Of a stretch of 64,000 nt of DNA, positions 53,100-64,000 are shown one piece after another; position 1 is the stretch's first letter; the number at the start of each line of letters is the position of its first letter. The translations under genes were made by a program, and so were the position numbers. Source of the DNA: Nageia nagi (lineage: Eukaryota; Plantae; Pinophyta); NCBI GenBank assembly GCA_050084985.1, contig JBITNC010000001.1, positions 171,926,001 to 171,990,000 on the forward strand, given 5' to 3'. A model generated the notes under the pieces. It had not been told where the DNA came from. It did no database searches and saw nothing but the letters and a program-made list of their open reading frames with translations.

Positions 53100-54508
53100 T
53101 AATATGATTTACTAAGATGTAATTTTCACATACACTTGCATATCAAAATCATAGCTATAATTTTGATGAATGATTTCTAAGATAAGAAATCTATCTCTAG
53201 AGAAGGCTAGTTCCTATCAAGATCGAACTAGGATTTACAAAAGTAAAGGTGTAGAAAATAAACTTGCAGAACTAAAGCAAACTTAAAATGTTAGGTTAGT
53301 GGATGTAAATAAGCAAAAATAAATATCTAAACCAATACAAGCATCCATTATAGGAGAATCCAAGTTGGTCATATAGTTTGATTTTATAGCCATCAAATAA
53401 TATACAATATTCTAAGTAATAATACTCTACAAGTGCTTTACATATAAGGATTTACTATTGATAATCTTTCATAGTCTATGAAGTACAAAAAAATATATCA
53501 CACAACCATTTAAGAATAATGATAAATAAATCATAGTTAAAAGATAAAAAAGAAAATTATATTTTATTATCATTGACACTAGTACAAATAATGGCAATAT
53601 ATACTATATCCAAAATCTTTTCTTTCAATGAAGGTAATACTTATAGTTTTTCTCTCAAAAATATCTTCTAATAAACTTTGGAAAATAAAAATATTTGTAA
53701 CTAACTAACTAGATATTTACAAAGTATCAGATTTGATTCTCTGATAGATTTACAACTTGGATTCAAATATACAAAGATATGGGTCATTCTTTCACATGTA
53801 TTAACACCCTTCATCTTGTCTAAAACTTGAAGACTTGAATATAGAGTTGAAATCATCTTCTTGGAATGAAAATGTATTTTTCCTAGGTTCTAGCAATATA
53901 TATAGGTATTTGATTTTGAACGTACCTAGAAAATCAAATACAGAAGTAAAATACATTATTCTAGTAGAATGCTCTATATATGCTTTGATATGGATGGCCA
54001 AAACTTGAATTTCAAAACTAGAACACCTTAGGTGATTGATATGACTATGATTCTTTATGACATGTGATTAAACCACCTTCAAGGGGCTAGAATTGAAGAA
54101 ATTGAGTTGTTTGATTTTCTCATTATTATGATAGAATTTAGTTTGCTTCTCTCTATTGAATCTCTTCCAAAATTAAATGCTCTGCAAAATATTAAAAAAT
54201 AACTAAGTATAATAATATCATATTTTTCCTTCATTTCAAAAAAAATTATTCACCTTGATAATGTTGAATCTTTACCAAAATTGAACACTACAAAAAATTC
54301 CAAAAAATGACTAAGTACTAATAGTATCCTTTTTTTCAACTATTTCAACAAACTTTATGCACTCCAATACTTTCAAATCTCCATCAAAATCAAACACTAT
54401 AAGAAATGTCTAAAATTGATGAAGTATAAATATTTTATCAAATAGTAAAGGATCAAAAAGTTTCATACCCAAACACTTCTTATTTCTCCAAAAATGTGTA
54501 TGAGTACA
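53100..54508 (-). repeat. Tat element 2, 5' LTR
   Basis: Colinear with 41548-42973; ends TGAGTACA; left boundary uncertain by ~10 nt. Confidence 0.88.
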
Positions 54509-54513
54509 ATAAC

Positions 54514-57500
54514 ATCAAAACATATGTTCATAATTCAATAATACAATCTCTAACTATCATCTTCATTAATAGGATCATCTTCATCAATAGGATGTACAAT
54601 ATATTTTTCTCTCAGATCATAATTAATTAAAAATCATTATTTCTTATACAATACATCTGGAATGAAAAAATATCTAACTACAATGTTGTTGTAAAATAAA
54701 AGGCACTTTATCTTTAGCTAAATATCATGTGGAGTTGATAACATGATAACCACTAGGTTCATCATACAAGGTTGTTCTTCTATTAAATCCTTCAAACCAT
54801 TTACATTTAAATACTAAAAAGAATAAGCTTAAATGAATAAATTCCTAATTGTTTAAGATCACATTAAAACTCTCTCAAATTTCATAACCATTAAGAACAC
54901 AAACTCAAAGTAACATTCACATAAGATGACATCAATATAAAGCAGTTACTCCAATCATGAAAATATATCTACTAATATAAGATCTTATTCTCAAAGAGCA
55001 CTCTCTTATAACTCACTTTCTTACTTCTCCTACAACATAGACAAGAGCATATCTTTGCTACAAACTTGAGTGAGTGATCTCAAATACAGGACCCTCTATT
55101 TATAGGTCAAAATCCTCTCTTCGATCACCCTTCTAACCATTGTGCAATTTCATGACATGCATCATCTTTTTACCCAAGGGGCATACTCATAAGATAGAGT
55201 ATAGGATAAGTTACATTATCTTATTCATAAATACTTAAAATGTATATATGGATACTTTTAAGTATTAATTAATTTACATTATCATATTTACAAAATACTT
55301 AAGATATATAGGGATACCTTTAAGTATTAAGTGAATTACATAAAGAGACTTTATAATAATGCATTATACATTCCAAAAAATACTACACATTGGAATGTTC
55401 TATAATCTAATTGAATAATTTTTTGATTTTTTAATATATTATAATTTTCCTTCTATCAAATTTGTATATCAAATTCAACCATCACTTCATAAGCAAATAT
55501 CTTACTTTTTTCATCATATATACATATTGTAGGGAAAACTAATGCATATTTACATGAAAATGTTCTTAACGCAATCATTATATTTATATTAATAAACTAT
55601 GAAAGTATTATAAAAATGTAAAAAAATTATATGTAAATGAATAAAATAATAATTACTATTTTATTGCATCTAATAGCTACATTGTATGCATATTCATTTA
55701 TCATTTCTCTTTTGCTTTGTTTCTCTTCAATTGCTTGCCTTATCCATGACCTTGTACACTTTTTTGGCCAATTTTTGTCTTTTAGATGTGAAAGTAGAGG
55801 ACCCCTTGGATTTACACTACAAAATAAGATGTGTTCTCTTGTAATTGCACTTATTTTACTATTATACAATTCAATCCACTCATTAAAACATTCCATATTC
55901 ATCATAATAAATTGGTTTATAAAGATTCATAATTGTCACAATTTGTAACATCATGATGCCATAATATATACTTGTTAGTAACCATTGATTACATTAAATC
56001 TAAAATGCATGTACATATATATTATTATAAATTACTAAAATATCAAATATTGTTAGATGTACCTAAAAGAGAATATATTGTTCCATTTATTTCTAAAACC
56101 TACCCTTATAATTTATCTGAGTCATCTGATCATTAAAGAAAAATAATGGATTTGAGAAACATATTAACTTGCATAAAAATTAGATTTGTGTACAATGTAT
56201 CCCGCACCCATAGATCCTTTTGGTCATTATTTTTTCTAACAAATGCTTTTAGTACTTTTAAAAATATCTCAATAGAGTATGTTTCTACCACTTATAACAC
56301 TTGTTATTTCAATATCATCTATTCGATCGATCAACAAGTGCACTTGTATGTCCATAACAATAACATGCATTTCCTTTTCAAATTTACAAAAAAAATTAGA
56401 AATTTCTCTATGCCACCTATGTATTTCATCCATATGTATCTCCTTTAAAGTTAACCACCTTTTTATCTAAATATAATACCATTAAATGTAAAAATGTATA
56501 AAAAATTGAATACAATAATAAACACATGTTATTTTCATCATAGAATAGTACTAGTATATAAATATATAATGATATCTTAGAAATATTCATAATCGACCAA
56601 TTGCATATCTTATATCACAAGGTAAACTCACACATCCATGAATTGCAAGTGGAAAAATATTTTATACATAAATTCATCAAAAGTTTTGTGCAATGGATAT
56701 TAATCACTATATTTTGAATAAAATATATATTGATATGAATTTAAGGATTTCTATCGACATGTAACATGAGAAAACCTCTGAGAAGTTGTGGTAGTCATGA
56801 GATTTGAATCCTATCATTTTACTATAAATAGTGAATGCTTTTCTTAAACATAATTCATATCCACTTGGTATATTATTGGTTCTAACAACATTATGTAGCA
56901 TGGTTACTTCTTCTTTGGTCATAATCCATATGAAGAGATCAAGTACATTTATTGACCATATGAATTATGAGTTATCGATAAAGAACAATTTGTATTGGTA
57001 TCTTTTAAATCATTTCTAACACTAGGATTATTTGATTCTTTGCTTGTTGTATACTGATACAAAGAAGGTGCAACATTTTATACAATATGAAAAGGATCTA
57101 ATAAATGTGCCACTAATAAGTATTTCCAGTATGGAAGTTTATACCATATTTATAGTCTCTTCATTCCTAAAAACATGAATAAAAGTAATTATTTAATTAG
57201 TAAAATAATGAAATTCAAATATTACAAACATGCATTTTTTTCAAATAAATAAACATATTCATTATATTTTATTAAATTTTACCTTTGGGTAAGTTATCTT
57301 CATGAACAATAACATCATTTGGGTCTACAATAGTACCTTCCTCAAAGCTCTTTTTCAATATTTTTCTACACTTTCTTGGTACTTTACCCACCAATCCATA
57401 AGATATGTGTAATTGGGAGTAGAGGTGTATTCAACCTCACCATTAAACTATGATTTTAAATTTTAAAAAAGGTTTTCCATAGGCAAATATTTGATATTTC

Positions 57501-57985
57501 CAAGGTATTCCATCTTTTACAAGTGTTTTGAATATCTTGATGTGAGATTTTCTAGACACCATGGACAAGCATGATAACCATTTTTACGAAGACCTGTAAT
57601 AATTTTTATTAAAGAATACATTATCATCTGGTAATAGAAAATAAAATATTTATAATATATTAACTTTTTATACATGCAAATGTGATAAATATTTTGTATA
57701 TACATACATGAACAAACACTAAGTCATAGATAGTCATGTACAGTCCAACACAAGATGACATATAATGTGAATGACCTTTGTTGGTTAGGTCAACTTATAT
57801 AAATCATATTTTGAAATTCATTCCATAATTGCATCAATTCATCACTCAATGATTTAAGGTATACATCCATATTTTTCACCAAATATGGTCCAGAAACAAA
57901 GAGAGTCAATGTTAAATATTCTTATTTCATGGAAATACTTGAAGGTATGTTATAATTGACTATAATAATAGGCCATAATAGTGTG
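54514..57985 (-). pseudogene. CACTA/En-Spm Tnp2-type transposase remnant with introns
   Basis: WPIIIVNYNIP, NMDVYLKSLSDELMQLW, WTVHDY, GYHACPWC, YKLPYWKYLLVAHLLDPFHI, IPSGY...GFKSHDYH, PKGSM, IIQLDYRTFQCVVFKCKWF (Transposase_21, DUF4218 and DUF4216-type motifs). Confidence 0.9.
54815..55378 (-). mobile_element. Solo LTR of the 3615-12124 copia family
   Basis: Colinear with 11562-12124; perfect TSD AATAC (54810-54814, 55379-55383); removal restores CVVFKCKW. Confidence 0.92.
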
Positions 57986-58239
57986 GAAAAATAGAATAAA
58001 ATCTATGAGAAGGCAAGGGTTTGGTCAAAAATTGAAGTAGGTAGGCATTGCAGGTGGGTAGAACACAACAAAAACCTTAGCAAGTTTTGTAAAGAGGTGA
58101 ACAAAGTTAGATAAGATGCTTTATAGGTATCTCTAACTTTGCATGTGATATAGTTTAATCCAAAATGAACCCACCCAATGGGGGAAGTCTCCCGATGCTT
58201 CTTTACCCTTTTACCAAACACTTCAAAAGAATATGATAA

Positions 58240-59680
58240 ATGCAATCCAATTATGCATGTTGATCAAGGAGTAGAAGGTAGACTTTGATAAAGATATGTC
58301 AAGAATAATTATCCCATATGTTGCATACAAGAAGATGTTGGAATCCAAAAAAAATACGCTTATTGGAAAGTTCATGGAACAAGGCCAATACTTGAAAATA
58401 TAAGGAGATGGATAAAAATAGTATGAAAACTAGAAGGGGAGGTGGAAATGGCAACACTTCCAAAATATTTCTTATTGTTTCATTGCAACTTGGAGAAAGA
58501 TCTCCACCAATTAATGGAAAAAGGGTCTTGGTGGTTTGGGAAAAGTAGACTACATCTAAAGAAATGGTGAAGGATTCAAGCCATAAAATAAATCTTTTAC
58601 AAAAATCTTGATGTGGATATCACTTCCATACCTCCTGATCAACTTCTGGTTTGAAGAAATAATTGTTGGTATTGCCTCAATAATGAGTGAATATATATGT
58701 ATGGATAAGAATACAAGATCTAGATAGACTTATCATATGGTAAGATTTTATGCCAATATAGATATCTCAAAGTCTATGAAGATGAATATATGTATAAAAA
58801 ATAAAAGAGGGGAATACATCTAAGAGATATCATTTGATATACCTCCAACAATTTGTGTTGGGTGTAATAGATATGGATATATAGAAAAAGATTGCCCAGG
58901 GATAAATAGGAAACAAGATCAACAAGGGCTACAACTAAATCAACAAAGCTATAACCACTATTATAGACCTAATCATAAAATGGGGGGAACATGGAAACCA
59001 ATAGGAGGATAAAACCAGATAATCAGCTAGAAAAAAGTGAAGAATAAAGAAGTAAATTAACAGTCAGCCAAAACATCTAGATGAGATGAAAATAAATAGG
59101 TCATAGAGTCAAATATACAAAATAAGGTAGCTCCTATTCTACAGAATAAGGTTTAAAATGAACCACAAAAGGTAGATTCATCCCTAAAGGGGAATTCTTT
59201 TGAGGTGTTGTATAATATAACAGAAGAAGGTATAATGGCTTCTTAAATAGAAAAAACTCAATTCCAAAAGCCAATCAATGAGGAAGAACTAATACAAGAA
59301 ATGGATGAGTTGGTGGGTAATAGAAATGCAATCATACAAATAATAAGTCATGAGAGAGAAGAATCAGAGAAAATCTATGAAGAAAACTAATTAGATGTAG
59401 AGGAGGAAGAAAATGAGAAAGAAGAAGAAGAAGAGGATCAAGTAGAAGATGATGAAGAAGAGCAGGATATAGAAAATAAGGAGCTAAAAAAAATGAGGTG
59501 GAAGGGAAAAAGAAGAACAATAAAAAAGGAATACCCAAAGCCCCAATGCAAACTACAAAATAGGTTACGTTAAGAAGGATCATAGCAAATTTCATAAAAT
59601 ATGGAAAAAGAGGACCATACTCAATGAAGCAAAAAAAAAATAAGGGAGAAACACTCATGAGAAAAGTGGTGTTAAAATAA
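58240..59680 (+). pseudogene. LINE ORF1 (DUF4283-like + zinc knuckle)
   Basis: RPILENIRRWI, GSWWFGKSRLHLKKW, MWISLPYL..NFW, CVGCNRYGYIEKDC. Confidence 0.8.
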
Positions 59681-59687
59681 GATGATG

Positions 59688-62600
59688 ATGAACATCATAT
59701 GATAGAATATCTAGGGATGCATTCTACCTGGGAAATAAAAGATTGTTAGAGACTTAAGGAGAGAGAGTAAATCAAATATGTTACTAATACAAAAAACTAA
59801 AATCAAGCAACATAAGATTCAAAAAATAGCAAAAACAATATTGAAGGAAGCCAAATATGAAGCTATCACAATAATAGTAAAAGCAAGTGGACTTTGGATC
59901 TTATGGGATCCTATAAAAATTGATGCAGAAATGATACAATTCCCCTCTAATAGATGTTTATCTATGAAAATCGCATGTAAGTCTTCAAAATATAGTTTCA
60001 TTATATCTAGCATTTATGCTTCCAACTTTCTACTGAGGAGAAGATAGTTCTAGGAATTTCTATCAAACCATAAGAAAATGTTTCCAAATATGTCTTCGCT
60101 TATAGGAGGATATTTTAATACTTTGTTGAATATAGAGGATAAATATGGAGGTGGACTCAATATGATAACTAGTATAGAAGACTTCAAAAATTTTCAAAAT
60201 GATAATGCTTTTATTGATCTCAATTTAAAAGGAAATAGATATACTTGGTACAATAGATGGATTGCAGTGGGTTTTATACAAAGAAGATTGGATAGAATAG
60301 CAATTATCTAAGAATGGATAGATAATTACCCTAATGTCATTCTAAACTCTCTATCAAAAATATCTTTATATCACAGATCGATAGAGTTTAAAATGGAAAA
60401 AATAGTAAAGAAAAAAATTCCTCTTTAGGTTTGAAAATATGTGGATGTCTCATCCAAACTTCAAAGATAGGCTTATAGAATAGTGGAAGATAAATATTGA
60501 GGGAACAGCCATGTACAATTTAGTTAAGAAACTAGATGAAGTCAAAAAAAATCTAAAAATATGGAATAGAAAAGTTTTTAAAAATATGCATTTCAAGAAG
60601 ATTTAGATGAAAGTAAAATTGAAAAAAAAATCATAATGAAATATTAAGTACAAGAAGGACAAGTGAGCTAGACAAGATAGAAAAGTTACTTCTAGTAGAA
60701 TTCTATAATACTATCTCTTAGGAGGAATAAATCTAGACGTAGAAATCTAGAGTGGCCTAAATCAGAGGAGGAGATAAAAATACAAAAAAAAATAGAATCA
60801 TCATTATAAGAAGGAAAAATTACAATAGGATTAATGAGATTAAAAGATCATATGGTATTTCAACTTCAAAAGAAAAGTAAATTAAGCAAAAAGCAGAGGG
60901 ATTCTACAAAGACCTACTAATACTGGATCAAAGAAATAACCCTATAGCCAAAGGAAAAATTATTGAAAATATACCAAAAATTATAATAAATCAACAAAAT
61001 ATAGCACTACAATAATAAACTATAGAAGGAGAATTTAAATAGGAAATTTTCCAAATGAAAGCTGAAAAAGCTTCTAGACTGGATGGCTTTGCAACTAGGT
61101 TTTTCCAAAAAAATTAAAAAATTATAGGGAAGGATGTGGTATGTTGTAAAATAATTCTTTAAAAAGGAAAAATTGTTAAAATAATAGAATAACACATTCT
61201 TAACCTAAATCCTTAAGATACAAGAAGCAAATAAGTTCAAATACTACAAACCAATTAGTCTTTGCAATGTAATCTATAAAATCATCATAAAAATAATGGT
61301 GAAAAGGTTAAAACCACTAATGTTTCAAATCATATCTACATAGCAATATGGATTCATCAAAGGGAGGCAGATCATAGATGGAATTATTCATATGCATGAG
61401 GTCCTTCATTCAATTCATAACAAGAAAACTCCGACTATGGTGGTAAAGTTGGATATGGAAAAAGCCTATGATAGGCTAAGTTGGGATTTTTTAAATTTGG
61501 TTTTAGATAAATTTGAGTTTGGAAAAACTCGAAAAAATTGGATTACAGAGTGTATATCTTCACTTATATTTTCTATTTTCATCAATGGAGAAGTAACAGG
61601 TTATTTTAACTCCCAAAGAGGGATTAGAAAAGGAGACCCAATATCCCCCTATTTTTTCATCATAATGGTGGAGGCATTAGGGAGAAAACTAAAACATTAT
61701 AGGGTCACTCAAACTTTGAAAGGGACTATTCTAGCCCCTAACTATAAGCCACAACTCACCATCAATTTGTAGATGATACTATCTTTGTTGCTAAAGTTGA
61801 AAGGAGGGAGGAAATTCAATTTAAGAAGTTTCTAAATATGTATGAAAAAACTTCACACCAAAAAACAAATTTACAAAGGATTAAGATTTACTTTTTGAAT
61901 TGTTCGAAAGCTAGTAGGAAGAGTATTACTAAGATATAGGGGTGTAAAACTGATGAGTTATCAACCAAATATCTAAGAATGCCTCTCTTTTTTGCAAGAC
62001 TCAAATCTCAATATTGGGATATGTTAGTTTAAAAAATCCAAAATAAACTCACAAGATGGAAGGAAAAATATTTGAGCTATGCAAATAAACTTGTCCTTAT
62101 CAAATCTATTCTTCAAAGCATACCTATTTATAATATAATGGTTTTTAAATTGCCTATAACTATTAGTAATAAGATAGATAAAATTTGTAATAAATTCTTA
62201 TGGTCAAGAGATTCAAAAAAGAGAAAAATCACCCTGGTAAGTTAGAATTTTATTTGTAAGGAAAAAGACCAAGGAGGATTAGGGTTGAGTAAACTGAAGC
62301 AAGTGGGTCAAGCTTTGAGAGAAAAAACTATTTTGGCATATAGCTCAGAATGAAGAGGAGTGGGTTCACACTTGTAAGGATAAATATATGATGGGCGAAA
62401 ATTGCATATTGAGAATTCAAAATCCACCATATGGCTCACCTTTTTGAAATGGTATAGTAGTGGTAAGGTCCCATATTCAAGAGGCTATTAGATGACATCC
62501 AGGAAACAGTGAGCAAGTATACATGTGGGAAGATGCATGGTTGAAGGAGGAACCACTAATTAAAATAAAATATTACAAACAAAGAGATGAATGGGCTTTG

Positions 62601-63300
62601 AAATATCAGGGGAGCATAATTGACAAGTACTTTAAGAATGATACTAATAATTGGCAGATTCATAGGCCAATTAGAGGTAGAATAGTAAAACAACTAAAGT
62701 AATTACAAGAGAAACTAAAAGATTCTAATATCAAGATCAATAGTCATGAAGGGAAATCAATATGAAAACTAAGGCCTGATGGAAAATATACTAACATCTC
62801 TAGAAAAAGAAAGGAGAAAAATATGGAAGAATATTTGGAAAGCAAAGTTAACACCTAGGATTGCCTTCTTTCTTTGGCTTGTCACTAAAAAAAGACTATT
62901 AACAATAAACAATTTACAAAGAAGATATTTCAATATAGTTAACAAATGTGTATAGCGTAAAAGAGAGGAAGAGAGTATAAATCATATTTTCTTGGATTGT
63001 GAGTATACAATGAATATTAGGGGCATGATATGCAAAAAAATGAAGATATAAATGGATATTACCAAGGGATGATAAATAATGCATAGAATAATGGGCACCC
63101 TAGGAGAAAACTAAAGGGTACTATAAATGCTAGACAATGTTGATTGGGCACATGTGGTGGAAAATATGGAAGCAAAAAAATAGTCAAGTGTTTAAAAATA
63201 AAAAAAATGAAGCATAGGAATTCTTCAAAATTATGACTCTTAGATTGGTAGAAAATATGATGGTGTACTTCAAGGATAAGGAAATACTATCAAGCTTTAA
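59688..63300 (+). pseudogene. LINE ORF2 (APE endonuclease, RT, zf-RVT)
   Basis: MNII**NI*G, IGGYFN, YTWYN..RRLDR, YKPISLCNVIYKII, KLDMEKAYDR, RGIRKGDPISPYFF, QFVDDT, EEESINHIFLDC. Confidence 0.93.
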
Positions 63301-63588
63301 ATCTTTTTTTTAAGACCAAATGATTTAAAAAACTCAACATGGTGAGGCTGATGAATTTAAGGTGAAAAGGATCCTAATAGGTGTGATGTACACATTATAA
63401 GAAGGATAACTAATGGAGAGTACATAGTCATAAGAATGACAAGACAATGATCGTATGCCACCTTTCATATTATTGATGACCCTGAGTATGAGGTCATCAT
63501 AAAGCAAAGGATTACCATAATAAAAATATAGTTAAAGTAGAATAATTATCACCACCCTACCAATAAAGAAATATCAAACAAGAGGAGA

Positions 63589-64000
63589 ATGGGAAGGGTG
63601 CTGGTTTTCACAAAGTTGAGTGATCCAAGTAAAGCAAAAAAAGACCCCCATGTTTGGAGAATTTTATGTAGGGGAGGTTTGGATAGGTTTATTGAAGCAT
63701 GCAAAGCTAGAAGCGATTAGAGATTGGAAAATTATATAATGAATACTTGGAAAAATAGGGTCTATAAAATTTATGGAAGGGAATTTCACTTCAATGAATC
63801 AGCTATTTTGGAAACTACAAGCCTTCCAAACAAAGGCAAGGAGGTGAGGTAAAATTCAAAGGCAAGTAAGATTTAGGAGGTTTAGAAATTCAAAGGTGGG
63901 AAAATCTATTTAGAACAATATAGAATAGGGTATTATAGAAGTTTGCTCTATCCTTGGCATAAAGTGTGTAACATACTAATGAAATATATAACCTTGTAAG
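63589..64000 (+). pseudogene. Putative LINE ORF3 (PMD / plant-transposon-protein-like), runs off the window
   Basis: MGRVLVFTKLSDP...VWRILCRGGLDRFI...TWKNRVYKIYGREFHFNESAILETTSLPNKG...LYPWHKVCNILMKYITL, starting ~290 nt after ORF2 with no poly(A) between. Confidence 0.55.

Larger units (their letters stand above)
41548..54508 (-). mobile_element. Second full-length degenerate Tat-clade (TatII-like) gypsy element
   Basis: LTRs 41548-42973 and ~53100-54508; TSD ATAAT/ATAAC; PBS; gag-PR-aRH-RT-RH-INT-extra ORF on minus. Confidence 0.92.
57986..64000 (+). mobile_element. L1-type LINE, near full length, continues past the window
   Basis: ORF1 + ORF2 arrangement; truncates the CACTA transposase at ~57985. 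Confidence 0.9.

Noticed and set aside
59332-59658. 108-aa F/L-rich ORF
   Set aside because: Antisense of the purine-rich C-terminal part of LINE ORF1.

Overview
AT-rich, strongly CpG-depleted plant heterochromatin, most likely gymnosperm (inferred from the Tat elements with PR-aRH-RT order). I see no intact host gene; the window is a stack of nested, decayed transposons. (1) A complete Ty1/copia element (3615-12124, minus strand, TSD ATTTC) sits inside a Ty3/gypsy gag whose remnant carries an antisense plant-mobile-domain (PMD) ORF. Two more LTRs of that copia family lie at 1545-2048 and 54815-55378 (solo, TSD AATAC). (2) A probable Pack-CACTA (16987-38365) carries PLS-class PPR fragments. 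A young CpG-rich solo LTR and a 17 kb Tat element (20246-37390, TSD GAGAG, itself holding two nested LTR-like inserts) jumped into it. (3) A CACTA transposase remnant is interrupted by a second Tat element (41548-54508) and the solo copia LTR, and is cut off by an L1-type LINE (about 57986 to the window end). Most notable: both Tat elements lack a polypurine tract and instead carry a conserved hairpin+CCA (tRNA-3'-end-like) motif 3 nt from the 3' LTR; both have a long extra sense ORF after integrase; the LINE appears to have a third ORF; and the copia leader looks like a 2.6 kb spliced intron. All domain calls come from reading motifs by eye, not from database searches.
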